NCBI RefSeq assembly: GCF_000372725.1
Contig: NW_005201249.1
Span: forward strand, 210,198 to 274,197
From: Emiliania huxleyi CCMP1516
Taxonomy: Eukaryota
Direction of reading: 5' to 3'
DNA: 64,000 nt
In this document: positions 46,815-60,257 of the stretch, piece by piece
Numbering within the stretch: position 1 is the first letter of the stretch
How the letters are laid out: every line of letters begins with the position of its first letter
The notes under the pieces: model-generated
Told to the model about the DNA's origin: nothing
The model's database searches: none
What the model saw: the letters and a program-made list of their open reading frames with translations, nothing else
Program-made: the position numbers and the translations under genes

Positions 46815-47724
46815 CTTGAGCAGCTCAAGAACGCAGGGAACGAGTGCTTCCGTCGCAAAGATTACCACGGCGCGCTGCGCAGGTAGAGCCGTACGACGAG
46901 GCGCTCGGCGGTCCTAACGGGCGCGGAGACGGCCTCAACATCGGCACATTGCTGCCGCTGCTCAACAACCGGGCGGCCTGCCATCTCGAGCTCGCTGATG
47001 CGATGAGCGGCTACGGCGAGGAGCGCGTCCACGCGTACAAACGAGCGTCGTACGACGCCGAAGACGCCGCGAAACTTTCCAGGATGATGGGCGGCAACGC
47101 AAAGGCGCTCTTCAGGCTCGGACGAGCCACGCTCGGGGTGCAGTCCCTACGCTCTCGGCTGGTCGACGCTGCGGAGGCGCGCGGCCAGACAGACGCTGCC
47201 GAGGCCCTGCGGCTGCGCAAAGTGGCCGCCAAGGAGGTCGATGTCAGCATCATGCATCTCAAGTCGGCCCTACAGCTACAAGAGGGCAACCGGTCGATCA
47301 GCGACAAGCTCGACGAGGCAGAGCGCCTGCAGGCGGCGCTCGAGCGTCGCGGGGCTCCGCCGCCATCCAAAGCGCCGACGCCAGTCGTGCGACCGGAGAA
47401 GTTTGCGGCGTCTGTGGTCTTCACCCCAGGCGACTCGTGGATGTCCAACAAGGTGGCTCTGCCGCTTCCAGTGCCCAAGCGGGTGGGAGGGAACGCGATG
47501 CTGCCCATGTATCTGACCAAGCAGAAGAACGATCGACCGGGGCGAGCTGGCTATCTGGATCCTCTACTCGGATCACCTCGGCGAGGGCGAACTCGACGCG
47601 CGCGGCGAGGAGGCCTACGGCGAGGACGCACAGTACAGCGTCGCCGCTGACCAACCCCACGGAGCCCTCTCGACACCCGCCCAGGCTGACACGCACATCC
47701 AGTCACCGGATGAGTTCGTCATGA
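46815..47724 (+). pseudogene. TPR-repeat gene with apparent frame disruptions
   Basis: EQLKNAGNECFRRKDY, LNNRAACHLEL and KALFRLGRA TPR motifs lie in different frames, with a stop near 46883. Confidence 0.6.
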
Positions 47725-47878
47725 GCTTTGATTTTGCGCGTGGCGGCAACTCCCTCGGCGAGGGCATACCGGGAGCGCTGGTCGCAGCGGGTGTCATAGG
47801 ACCGGCTTTGGGGAGGCATTCGTCGTTTACCGCGTCAAGTTCTGATCGCTGTTCAAGCGATGCCGATGGCGCGCGTGT

Positions 47879-48225
47879 AAATAAATAAATAAAACGGACA
47901 CCTCTACTAGGAGATGGGTAAAAAGGAACAGGTCCCCGCCCTGCGGTCTTTGTGCAGGGTTCTTTGTGGGTGTGGTCGGCGACTAGCCGGGGTCGTCCTC
48001 CCGATGGGGGACTAGCACTAGCCGTCTTCCGCACATGGTCCCTCGGGTCCCTGCTGCTCCTAATCTCGTCGTACATCCTCCTGCTGATCTCCGCAACATC
48101 CTGCTCCCTCCCTCGTCTCGCCCTGCGCGTCTGCTCCGCCTCCCCGTCGTCCGCCCTGCGTCGTCTGGTGACGGGTCCTCCATAGTCGGTTGAGGTCGCC
48201 GCCCTCCTCGTGCCTCTTCCCAACG
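47879..48225 (-). mobile_element. Dispersed repeat A, copy 2, with an (AAAT)n end
   Basis: Matches 33541-33886; AAATAAATAAATAAAACGGACACC at the left end. Confidence 0.7.
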
Positions 48226-49155
48226 TTTCCTCGGCAGCCGATGCCGTCTGCTCCGACTCCGCCGTCCCCGGGTCTGCCCTGCCCTCGTCTGCGCTAGCTT
48301 CTGTTTCGTCATCACTGATATCCGTCCTCTGGCGCGCGTGTCGGGCCCGGGTTGTCCTTATTTTTTTCTCAATAGTGCAGCGTTTTTCTCACACACCCTG
48401 AGTTGGCGTACACACATTATCATTAACTCCTCGAGATTAACTCAGAGGGCCACATCCTCCCTGTCGAGCGCGTGCGCATCGCCGGTAGGACCGGCTTGGC
48501 CTTGCGCTCGCTCTGATCGCAAAGATCGACACCGATGACACGCTCTGCCCATCAGGCCGGTCGCGCCTCGGAGGGTTCGCCCCGGGGGTCTGGGGCCAAT
48601 GCCCCTGCTGCCCGAGCGCAAGGGGCCCCCGGAGGGCGCCCGAAACGGGCGGTATCCAAGCCCAAGGAGCTATACCAGCCGGGTGAGGGACCCCTAGGGG
48701 CGCCCAGGACCTACGCTATTAGCATCACTATGTGAGGGCGTGGGCGACGTCGGACCACCTGGATCCTGGTCCCCCACCCCTACCTCTCGTACCTGCAACC
48801 TGGTCGATGGACGATGGTCGAGAAGGCTTATTTATAAAGCAGTGTCAGAGCTCAGACACTCAGACACAGTGGGGATAGCAGTCCGGGGAGCGCGAGAGCC
48901 GAGCGCGATGTAGCGCGCTGTGTGTGTACGTGTGCACAGAGAGTCATGGCCCGAGGCGTCGCCCGCCACGCTCGTTGTGGCGCGCGGGTGCTTGCCACGC
49001 CGCCGCGCTGTCCGGGCAGCCCCTATCTGGATGCCGCCAGAGAGAGGCGGCGGCGGCTCCTAGTGCGCGTCATGCAGCGGGACCAACCCCCTTGCGACCC
49101 GCGACAGAGGGAGCGGATCGTGGGCTGGTGGCCCGCGAGCTGAGCGGCCGCATTC

Positions 49156-50508
49156 CTAGGGCTCCCCCAGGCCAAACTGAATCTTGCGGATGGTGCCGCC
49201 GTAGTTCTCGTCGTCCGAGCCGATGAAGGTCGCCGGGTGCCTGGGGCGCGGAGGTATGTGTGTAGTGAATTGGTGAGAGGGGGCACGCAAAGTACAGAAG
49301 GGGCACGCACTTGGTCATGAAGGGGTTGGTTGAGATGTTCTGGGCGCGAGCAACTGTCTCGACCTTAAACCCTTCGTGGTGCGAGACCTTCCCCGGTTCG
49401 TTGTAGATCACAACGTTCCCGTCGGTCGTGTCGACGTTTCCGATTATTGACGTCGCACTCCTGTAAGGGCCGTTGTCGGCACTGACCATGGCGTTAGAAG
49501 CTTCGGAGCCGGCGTCGTACGACGTGACGAGGTAGATGTCGCCGGTCTCGGAATCGACGTCCAGGCCGACCACAGGGCGGTTGGACCACGAAGCAAAGGT
49601 CGATAACTCGAACGACATGCTCCCCTTTTCCTTGTGAATGACAAGGTTGGGCTCGAGCTCCAGGTCGGCCCAGCGGATGGTGGTTTCGTTGCGGTCGGCC
49701 CACAGGAAGAGGTACCTGTCCTCCGACGACCCATAGCGGGCGACCGCGGTGCCCTCCACGTTGTGGGAGTAGGTGAAGCTTGAGAAGCTCGTGTGGTCCG
49801 AGATCGAGACGGCCGTTACGCCGTCGGGGGCGCCGTCGCTGTTATCGCTCAGGCTCACCTCTGCCAGGTAGATGCGGTCGGCAGGGAAGTCCTTGTCGAG
49901 CGAGTTGGTGCTGCTGCATTTGTCATTGCGCGAGTTGGTGCTCTCGCACAGAAGAACCAGATGCGGCTTGCCAGGGATGCCGGCAACACTCTCCAGATCG
50001 TTGGGCCCCTTGTACGTGTGCGTCTTCTCTTTCTTTGTGCGGGTGCACGTACGGTCGGTTGGCCAATCCTTTTCGTCGTAGGCGATTTCCGCAACCTGGG
50101 TTGGCGCGCTGGGTGATAACGACGGAGCAGAAATTGGGGACGAGCTTGGGGGGGGGGGAGGGAGGTGCTGCGCTCGGTGATGAGGAGGGAGCGCGGCGCT
50201 GGGCGAGGTCGCGATCGGGTGGTGGCGGGGATGGCGGTGGCAACCTGGATTCCGATCGCGAGGTCGAAAGCAATCTGCACCAGGCTCACCCGCGGCCACA
50301 TAATATTTTCGTAGCCCTTCATGTCGTGCACCGTGATGAAAGAGCCGCCGCCGACGTAGGACATGCCGCTGACGTCCTTGAGCCTTGGGTTCTGGACGGG
50401 CTTGAACTCGGTCTTGCCGCCTGGCGCGACGCTCGCAAACAGGGCCTCGCGCGACGGGAGAGCCGCCGCAGGCAGCACGAGCATCGTGAGTAGCACAAGC
50501 ATGGACAT
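49156..50508 (-). CDS. Secreted beta-propeller-like protein of unknown function (multi-exon)
   Basis: Signal peptide; repeated DVSGM, DLESV, NVEGT and KVETV blade motifs; terminal FIGSDDENYGG. Confidence 0.6.
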
Positions 50509-50639
50509 AGATCTAGAGCCTGACACGCCGGGCATCGGAAGGGGTGTGAGGGGGCTCAGGCTATAGATTTCTGAAAGGCTAGGTGGCATGTGATGGGGCG
50601 GGGTCTGAAGGGGAGGGGAAGGGGGAGACAAAGTCCGAA

Positions 50640-50826
50640 CGCGAAAGTTGAGCGACAGCTACGGCGGCTGGCGAGGTCGAGGGCGGCGGCTACACGCGGG
50701 CGGCGACCGAGGGGGCGGCGGCGGCGAGGACGGCGGCGCGCGGCGGCGGCGGCGAGGGCAGCGGCGGCCAGGGCGACGGCGGTGCAAATGGAGTCGGCTC
50801 GGGTAGTGGAGGCAGGCACTGGCGAC

Positions 50827-50857
<31 letters not shown>

Positions 50858-51540
50858 TGACATGGGCGATGGTGGGGCGGCGAGGGTGCGCCGCGGCAAG
50901 GCGGCAAGGCGGCGAGGGTAGCGGTGGCGCGGAAGGTAGCGCGGAGGCGGCGGCGAGGCTGGCGGAGGGCTGGCGGTAGCGAGGGCGAGGGCGAGGGCGG
51001 CGGCGGCGGCGGCGAGGGCGGCGGCGAGGGTGGCGGCGGCGGGCCGGCGGCGGCGAGGGCGGCGGCGAGGGCGGCGGCGAGGGCGTGGCGAGGGCGGCCG
51101 AGGGCGGGCGGAGCGGCGAGGGCGGCGGTGACCGGTGGTGACGGCGGCGAGGAAGGCGCCATGGCGAGGGCGTGGGCTAAGGAGCGGGCGTCACGCAGGA
51201 CGCAGGGAGTCGGGGCTGCCGAGAGCGGCTGGGCCGCACGACCTGCAGGCGAAGTCAGAAGGGGGGGGGGGGAGGTAGGCGCGTCGATTCGCGATGGGTT
51301 TGCGAGTGCGGTAAGTGGGAGCGGGCGATGGGAGTGAAGGTCGGGATGAGCCGCGCGCCGTTCAGCCGAGACCATAAAGTGCAGGCGCCTCCAAGACGTC
51401 GGCCTCGTGGGTGCGGCGGCGGCGGGCATGATGATGCCGGAGATGATCAAGGCGGCGGCGATGATGGCGGCGGTGATGAAGACCATCGCGATGCTGGCGG
51501 CGATTGAGGGCGGCGATGGGGTGAAGATGGCAAGCCGGCG
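50640..51540 (-). pseudogene. Degenerate Ser-Pro-rich coding relic or low-complexity tract
   Basis: GGCGGCGGCGAG-type repeats encode SPPP in shifting frames. Confidence 0.45.
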
Positions 51541-52564
51541 GAGGTGAAGTCGGCCTGACCCTCGCGCTCTGCGCAGAGGCGTCGTCGACAGAAGAGCGAA
51601 GCTCTCGTAGTGGGAAGATGAGCGCCGTCCCGGCTGCCGGGAAGGCCGAAGCATTGCGCGCGCCGCCGATGACGCCGCCCCCGAATTTGCGCCGGGGATG
51701 TGTAACTCAGTGGCGGGGGCTGTGTGGCTTGCTTGGTTTGTGCGTCGGTGGGAGTGGCGTGTGGTCTACGAGTGGAGGGGGCGCAGGCGCCCACGAAGCA
51801 GCGTCGACGCACCTGTGAGTGGGATGGGAGCGGGGGTCGCTTCTCGCCGGCCAGCGGAGGGGCAGGAGGCGAGGGCGAGGGCGCAAAGCAGAGGATCGCC
51901 TTGGACACTCGTCGGCTTGATGTCAAAAGCAAAAGCTCGGCCCCACGAACTCAGGCGGGCTTGCAGCTGTGAATGATAGCAAAATGAATGATAGCAAAAG
52001 CTCGGCCCTCCGAACTCACTAGTGGTGTGGGTGGGTGGGTGGGTGGGTGGGGGGGGTGACTTTAAATGTGCAGGCGAGGTTTTCGCCGCGAGGGGGGCTC
52101 TGTTCTTCGCCTTTCTATATCTATCTACACGGACGACCTCGTGGGGACCTGGGGCGGTCAGTCATGACCCAGAGTGATGTGTGTCATATTACATCGGTGT
52201 GCTCTGTGGAGTGTGGTGTGTGGTGCTGGTGGCTCGTGTGGTCCTGGTCGCGAGATCTAGAGCGAGAGGAGAGGCCAGGCGGAGGGAGGTGTGAAGCGGT
52301 CCACGCACCACGCAAGTGTTTTCGGAAGGTCACTCCTTAGCCCTGGCGGCCGCCACGGCCGACAAGGACTCGCGCAAGCTGGCGACACACGCGCTTTGCG
52401 CCGGAACAATCACGCGTGCCCCCGCACAAGTACAGTGTGCGCGCGGCCGCTTGCGCCTGGCGGCAAGCGCCCGCCTCGGCCGCCCCCGTCACGGCGCGCA
52501 GCCGCCGCCCAGAGCGCCGCCCGCGCTCTCGCGCGCGCCGCGCCCCACGCCGCCCTCCACTTCC

Positions 52565-53410
52565 TCACGCCGTCGCGGTGTCCGGCGCCTCGAGCTCGAG
52601 CTGCGCGCGGAGCAGCTCCTCGCGCTCCCAGCTCTCGGCCAGCCGCGTGAGGGTGCGGAAGCACGCCTCGTACGCCACGAAGGTGACCGCAGACGACGGC
52701 GCCACCTTGAACACAGCGCATGTCACCTCGGGCATCTCTCGGGTGATCTCGGGCGATCTCGTTCGATCTCGGGCGATCTCGGGCGGTCTCGTTCGATCTC
52801 GGGCGATCTCGGGCGATCTCTCGGGCGATCTCGGTCTCGGCCACTCTCGGGCTGTCGCCTTGAAGAGGCTCAGCCCGAAGCCCTTGTACAGCCCTCTCCG
52901 CACCCCCTCCTCGCGCGCGATCCGGAGCATTGCGGCCAGCGGGTTCGCCTCGGAGGGCCCGACCATCGCCCTCCGCCGCACGAGCTCGAAGGGGAACGTC
53001 AAGCTCGACGCCTAGCGCACGAGATCCTCCCCAAGTAGCGACGGCCATAGTCGGGAGCTCCCCGCCCGAGAATGACGGCCCACGCCGCCATCCCGGCGAG
53101 CATGCCGAAGGTCGCCGCCGGCGAGAGCGTGCCGAGCAGCCGCCTCCGCTCGTCGTCGGGCGGCAGGCCCGCGTAGCAGCGCTGCATGATGTCGTACGCC
53201 CCAAAGCGGACGGCGAAGTAGGGCATCACCTGCGCAGCAGCACCCCTCCTCAGCGCCAGCACCACGACCATCATGACAACTCTTCTCGCGGCGGAGTTGG
53301 CGTCGCCGAGATGAGCGAGGGCGTGAGGCCGCGGTAGAGCGCGGCGGCGCCCTCCGACTGCACCAGCTTGCGCGTGTACTCGACCAGCCGCACGCCCTCC
53401 GCCGCGCCTG
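52565..53410 (-). CDS. Mitochondrial carrier family protein, partial (about 1.5 repeats visible)
   Basis: EGAAALYRGLTPS, MPYFAVRFGAYD, TFPFELVRRR, EEGVRRGLYKG and APSSAVTFVAYE. Confidence 0.8.
52735..52840. repeat. Intronic 10-bp satellite
   Basis: (CGATCTCGGG)-type units. Confidence 0.85.
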
Positions 53411-53665
53411 GAGCGAGGGTCGAGGGAGGGAGGGTGGGGGGGAGGGAGAGAGAGAGGGCAGGGAGGGCAGGGAGGGCAGCGATGGCAGGGAGGGTAGGGA
53501 GGAGAGCAGCGGGAGAGGGGTGAGCCCACGGACAAGACCATGTGACATGTGTGGGGTCTTGTGAGGTGTCTATGGACGCTCCCTCACAGGCTAGCGGCCT
53601 ACTGCTCGCCGACTCACTCATCGGTGGTGAGTTCAGAAAGAAGAAACACATGAGGAAGGATTCCT

Positions 53666-55523
53666 ATGTTGCGTTTAGCGGCGCGACGCGCGCTCTCCTC
53701 CTCCGCCAGCCAGTCCGCCGCCGCGTTGCCGTCCGCCCTAACGCTCAACGTGCGGCAGCCGCCTACGCAGTCAGCGTCCGACGAACTTCTTGCGCGGCTC
53801 TCCGAGGCTGAGGGCGACGCCTCCGGCCAAAAGTATGCCGTCCGCACCCTCGCCGAGCTGCTGGTCGAGGGCCGCGGCGAGGAGGTGGCGGTGCTCGACC
53901 TGCGCGCCGTCCCCTCCAAGCCGTCCGTCGACTGGTTCCTCTTCGCCTCTGCACGGTGCGAGACTCTTCCGAGACACATCCCGTCCACGACCCGCTTCGC
54001 ACACCCACAGCTGCCCACGGCGACCGACGACGCGTCCTCCGGCAGGTCGCGCTCGCACATGCGGACGCTCGCGCGCTCCGTCTCCCACTCCCTCAAGCAG
54101 AGCGGCGTGCTGATGTTTGGCGCACGAGCCGCTCACGGCAGGGCTGCTGCGAGGACGCGTCCAGGACATGTCTGGGGCATGTGGCCTGCAGGTGGTCCTC
54201 CGCTCATCGAGGGGGGCGAGTCGGACGAGTGGATGCTCGTCGATGGAGGCCGCGCCGTCGTCTCGGTGCTGACGCGCGAGGCGCAGAGAGACTGGCCGAG
54301 ACCCCGAGATTAAAGAACTAATTAATCAAAGCGCAGAGACTGGCCGAGACCCCGAGAGCCTGAGCCCGGCAGCGCCTTGGCCGAGCGTGGCTAACGGGAG
54401 ATCCGTCCCGGTGAGGAGGGCGGTGAGGAGGGAGACGCGCACCTGCCGCAGGCGCGTCGCTCGATCCAGCTCGAGGATCACTGGCTCGAGCTCGGTACTC
54501 TCTTTTAATCATTGATGAATGAATTACAGCACTGCTCACCCAGCCGAGATGTAGCCGCGAGAGAGAGAGAGAGAGGCTCCACCTATCTCCGCACTCACGC
54601 GGCATGGCCCGACAGCACCGGCCCGACGGCACATCCCAATAACACTCCCCAGCCTCGGCCGCACCTCGGCTGCACCTCGGCCGCACCTCGGCTGCACCTC
54701 GGCCGCACCTCGGCTGCACCTCGGCCTCGCCTCGGCCTCGCCTCGGCCTCGCCTCGCCTCGGCCGTACCCTCGGGTTGTCTTTTCTCCGCCGCAGGCGCC
54801 ACTGTCGCGCTACAGATGCCGCCACCGCCGCGTGCGCCGCGCGCGCCGGACGCCGCCGCCGCCGCCGCCGCCGCCGGTGGCGAGGAGCTGTGGTGGGCGG
54901 AGGGGGGCGGCGCGGGGGAGCCGGGCGAGGGCGGGGCGTCGGACATCTACCGCGAGGCTGGCGCGGACGTGCCGGCCGAGTTTCGGCTCGAGACGTGGCG
55001 GGAGGGCGGCGAGGGCGAGGGCGAGGGCGGCGCTGTGATGGCGTCGGGGCGGGCGGGTCCGGTGGGAAAGGGGGAGGAGGGGGGAAGCGGAGAGGGGGAG
55101 GGGGGCGGCGAGGAGGAGGAGGAGGAGGAGGGGTACGAGGAGGGGTATCTGGAGGAGGGGTGCGCGAGAGTAGCCGAGACTGCACGCGAGATTGCACATG
55201 CGGCGCCCCGCGCCTCTCCGACTCGCGAGGGTGTCTCGCGGCGTCGCCCCAGGGCCGCACGCCTCGCGAGCAGGTACGTGGACTATGACGAGCTCGACTA
55301 CTACGAGGGCTACGACGAGTACGGAGACTACTACGAGGGCTACGACGAGTACGGCGACGGAAGCGACGACGACGATCCTCGAGGCCGGCGAGGCGGAGGC
55401 GGGGGCGGGGGCGGAGCGGCAGGCGGAGGCGGAGGCGTGGGAGGCGGAGGCGGCGGCGTGGGAGGCGGAGGCGGCGGCGTGGGTGGCTTGGCTGCCCCGC
55501 GGGAGCCTGGTGCGGAGAGGTGA
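53666..55523 (+). CDS. rsfS: RsfS/Iojap (MALSU1-like) ribosome silencing factor, organelle-targeted, with an acidic Gly-rich tail
   Basis: EEVAVLDL, DWFLFASARSRSHMRTLA and IEGGESDEWMLVDGG, spliced to ARRSIQLEDHW; presequence MLRLAARRALSS. The tail exon is inferred. Confidence 0.8.
54655..54765. repeat. Intronic 11-bp satellite
   Basis: CTCGG(C/T)CGCAC-like and CCTCGG units. Confidence 0.85.
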
Positions 55524-56238
55524 CCGCGATAGATCCACGAAGCTCCCGACGCCTGACGGGAGGCAGGTGCCTTTCCCTCTCTCACTCTCCGGCGACTGCG
55601 GCATCTAGGGCGGCATGGGAACCGATGGGTCGCGACCCATGCGCGCAGAGCCCTCCTCACAGCTCACAGCTCACTGTGCTCACAGCTCTCGAGACTCGAC
55701 CCATCCGCACACCCCGCACAGCGCACGCACACACGCACACGACCACACACATCGAGACGATTCAATTACCCAATGAGACATCCGCGATCACCGATCCGCT
55801 CACGGCGCTCGCAGCGCTGCTTGGTTCTTGCCCAAGCCCCAACGAGCCGGCTTCAGAGAGAGCGCGAGCGACTTCGCGAGCGCACGAAAGCCTTTTTGAT
55901 TAGTGCTGTTATGCTTCTATCCCACAAGCCACGGTCACTCCCGAGGCGCGGCCATCATTTCAGCGACCGACACACGCCCCTTCCATCCATCCCTCTCCAC
56001 CTGCACCTCGACCTGGCCAACACCGCTTCTCCCCCGGGCCGCACACACACGGGCGGTTGCGCCGCAAAAGCCTCGCAGCGCCGCGCCTCCGTGGGCGTGG
56101 GGTAGATTGGCGGCAGCATCGCCGGCCAGGGGGAGAGGGAGGGGAGGGGGGGAGGGGGAAGGGGGGGCGCGGCGAGAGCAGACGAGGCGCCCCGGCCCCG
56201 CGCTGCACACTGCAGCGGAGGGCCTGTCGCGAGGGTGT

Positions 56239-56720
<482 letters not shown>

Positions 56721-56840
56721 AAAAGGGGGCAAAGGGGGCCCTTTCACGCCCGGGGGTCGGGGCCAAAAAACAAAATTAAGCCCTTTATCCCCCCCGAGGC
56801 GCCCCTTCTCCCCATGAGGGAAAAGGGCCCCTTTTGGGGC

Positions 56841-56940
56841 NNNNNNNNNNNNNNNNNNNNNNNNNNNNNNNNNNNNNNNNNNNNNNNNNNNNNNNNNNNN
56901 NNNNNNNNNNNNNNNNNNNNNNNNNNNNNNNNNNNNNNNN
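56841..56940. other. Assembly gap (100 N)
   Basis: Run of N. Confidence 1.
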
Positions 56941-57410
56941 GTGTCCGGCGGTGCTGAACGCCGCCGACGGCCTGGCGATGATTCGCTCGATGGCCTCCAT
57001 CTGCTCGCTGTGGGGGTCGGGTAAGAATCTCATGTACACCGCAGGCTCACACTACTTCTTCACGCGCAAGCAAGGCGCCTTCCACATCGAGCTGCTCAGC
57101 GCCACGTACGACGAGAGCGTCACAGGCGACACCTATGTCAAGTTGGAGGTGGCCGGAAAGTCGGTCGTACTCAAGTCCTCCACGAAAAAGGGCCCGACTC
57201 CGACCTTCGGCAACATATTTCAGTTCTCCTGGGAGGAGGGACCGGACGATGCCGAGAACCGGACGCTGCACATCAAGTTCCTCCAGAAGCGGGGCCTCAC
57301 CGGGCTCAGGGACCACGTCTTTGCCGAGACGCACCTCGCCTTCTCCAACACGCCGGAAGGCGGCGTCACGGCGATCAGCGTGGGCGCCCTCGACGACTCG
57401 GTTAATCTGT
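56941..57410 (+). CDS. C2-domain protein fragment, ending at repeat V
   Basis: FHIELLSA...DTYVKLEV...PTPTFGNIFQF...TLHIKF...DHVFAET beta-strand pattern of a C2 domain. Confidence 0.65.
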
Positions 57411-57419
57411 GCTCAGCGC

Positions 57420-58231
57420 GAGGGAGGGAGGGAGGGAGAGAGAGGGCAGAGCGAGCAGAGAGAGTCTCAGGGGAGAGAGAGGGAGAAAGTGGAGAGAGTG
57501 GAGAGGGAGGAGAGAGTGAGAGAGAGAGAGGAGAGCCTTTGAGCCTTGGCACCAGCCAGGCAGTTGAGTTGGCCCTGGCACCAGCCTTGGCAGTTGAATT
57601 GGCCTTGGCACCAGCCTTGGCGGGCGGGCACGCGGGACATGCACAGGCGCCAAGGGGCGCAGAACCGACCTAACCCGTCGGAGGTGGGGGGAAGGGAGTC
57701 CCCCGGGTCCTGCGCGAGCGCGAGAGTAACCCCAGGAGGGCCAAGATGAGCGTTGCGCGCAGGGGTCGGCGTGGAGGGCGATGAACGCGCCGCGCGCGGG
57801 GCGCCGCCTCACCGGCCTTCGCCAACGCCTCAAAAGTGGCGCAGAGTGAGGCGGCGCCCTGAGCGAGTGCGTGAGCCCCGTGGCTCCAACGAACCGGGCC
57901 CTTCCTTTTTTGAGCAGGTGTGCCGCCGCGCGAGCGACGCTCCGAGATCGCCCGAGATAGCGCGGCGCGGCCCCGAGATCGCCCGAGATTGCGCGAGATC
58001 GACCGAGATCGCGCGGCGCGGCCCGAGGCGAGGACCGAGGTGGATGGGTTGGGAGCAGGTTGGGAGCGAGGGGGCGAAAGTGTTCAGTGCGGTACTCGAG
58101 TAGATGGTAAGCTCGGGGCGCGTGAGCCGGACTTGTGAGCCGGACGGCTTTCATTTCTCTCTGCGTTCTTGCACATGGTCATGGAGTGCGAGATACTCGT
58201 TCTGTTGCCATCCCAAGCTGTCACTCCCCTT
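57420..58231. mobile_element. Dispersed repeat V, copy 2
   Basis: Matches 42420-43171 at both ends. Confidence 0.8.
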
Positions 58232-58618
58232 CCACGCTACGGAACTCGGAAGGTGCAGGTGTACACCTTGTACCGACATGTCGGTAGGCGCGCAGCACGA
58301 CGCCGCCGCCCACCACGCGGCCGACGGCGCCCTCCCCATCGCCCTCGCCGCGCTGTCGGGCGCGCGCGGCGCCTTCTACGCGACGGCGGGCCGGCGGGCG
58401 CGCTCGCTCGAGGAGGCGGCGCACGAGGTACGGGCGCCGTTCCCGCGCGGCGACCCTGCCGGGTGGGCGGAGGAGACAGTCGAGGCCTTTTGGGCGCGGT
58501 TGGGCGAGGCGACGCCCGGGCTAGCCGAGGCGTGGGCCGCGGGCAGCCGGCACGAGCAGGACAAGGGCGAGCTGTGATGCGAGAAGAGAAAGAGAAGAAA
58601 TTGGGTTGCCTCCGGAAC

Positions 58619-58760
58619 GCACTTGGAGCACTTGGAGTGCAGTTGGCAACCTCACATCCAGGGCCGGGGAGCTAAGAACGCGGAACAAGTAAGTACAAGA
58701 GCAAACAACTGGGAAGTTCACAGACAGCTGAGCTTACCCAGAGAACTCCGTTCTCACCCA
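58619..58760 (+). repeat. Module X copy 3 followed by module F
   Basis: X occupies 58619-58678. 58696-58760 CAAGAGCAAACAACTGGGAAGTTCACAG...CCAGAGAACTCCGTTC.CACCCA matches 12117-12178. Confidence 0.9.
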
Positions 58761-58928
58761 GAAAAAAAACGCGCGACGTAACGCGATCCGTCGCGAGCGT
58801 GCTTGATGTGTGAACGGACCAGTAGTTCTTGCTAGATCGTAGATGCTACACTTTCGGATCTTTGGGAGTTTTGTGGTCAAGGGGGAGGTAGAAAAAAAGA
58901 AAAAACGAGCGTCAAGGGTACAGGCCCG

Positions 58929-60087
58929 ATGCACTCTTGGTCCTCCTCCAGGAGCAAGTCGTCGACGCCGGACCCGCTCATCGACGCCGCCGTTTACAAA
59001 GAGGCTCTCGACGAGGCGCCCGACCAAACTGGTCGCCTTGCAGTCGTCACGGGAGCAAACTCTGGGCTCGGCTTCTGGCTGGCTCGCTCGCTAGCGCTGA
59101 AGGGCGCCAGAGTCATATTAGCGTGCCGCAACGCGGAGCGTGCAACAAGCGCACGGGACCGGATCGCGGCGGACCTCAAGTCGAAGGGCGCCGCCGCCAG
59201 CCTCGCTTGTGAGGAGCTCGACCTCGCCTCGCTCGCCTCGGTGCGCCGGTTTGCTTCGAGGCTCCGCCGACAGGAGTCGTCTCTCGACCTGCTCGTGTGC
59301 AACGCGGGCATCCTCGGCGGCGGTGCCTCGGCCGAGCTCACCGAGGACGGCTGGCCGCTCGAGTTTCAGGTCAATCACCTCGGCCACTTTCTCCTCTGTG
59401 CCGAGCTCTGGCCGCTGCTCCGCAACACTCAGGGTGCGAGGGTCGTGGTGCACTCGTCGCTCGGCCACGCCGCCGGGTACTTTGAGGACGAGACGCCGCA
59501 CCGCGCGTCCTGCCGCTACCTCCTTCCCCTCCCATACGGCGCCTGGCGCCGCTACGCCGCCTCCAAGCTCGCTCAGATGCTCTTTGCCGTCGAGCTGCGC
59601 CGCCGGCTCGACGCCGCGTCCCGGCTGCCGCAGAGCGACGGCGGCGACGGCGGCGGCGGCGACAGCAGCGGTAGCGAGGGCGGCAGCAGCGACGGCGGCG
59701 GCGGCGGCGGCGGCGGCGGGAGCGGCGGCGGCGGTGGTGGCGGCGGCGGTGTGATCGTGGTGGCGGCGCATCCCGGCTCTGCTCTCACGCCGATGATTCA
59801 GAGCAGCGCGGCTCGCAACCCGTTCTTGCGCTGCTGGGTGGACTACGCTTCGGGGCTCGCGCACTCTGTGCCCGATGCGAGCGCGCCCCTCCTCGTCGCC
59901 GCCACGAGCCCCGGCGCCCGAAGCGGCGACTACTACGGCCCTCGCCACAACCCTTTCGGCTTCCACGACCTCGGGCTGCGCGGCCCGCCGGCAAAGGTGG
60001 GCGCCTCCCGCCGAGGCCTCTCGCCCTCCCTGCAGAGCCGCTCCGCCTCCCCTCCCCTCTCTTTGCCGCCCCCCTCGACGCCACCCT

Positions 60088-60118
<31 letters not shown>

Positions 60119-60257
60119 CTTACCGCCCTCTCACCGCCGCCCCTCACCTGCCAAGGTGCGGCCGTGGGGCTTCGCGGCGGACGCTGCAAAGGCGGCCGTG
60201 CTATGGGAGTTTTCGGAGCGGGCGTGCGGCATCTCGTTTAGCCCTGAGGCAAACTAG
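58929..60257 (+). CDS. Short-chain dehydrogenase/reductase (retinol dehydrogenase/WWOX-like)
   Basis: TGANSGLG, LACRN, LDLASL.SV, CNAGI, VNHLGHF, YAASK and HPG; probable intron ~59996-60154. Confidence 0.92.

Noticed and set aside
48630..48835. RNase P-like words (GAAACGGGCGGT, AGAAGGCTTA)
   Set aside because: The conserved GAGGAAAGTCC-type P4 5' strand is absent.
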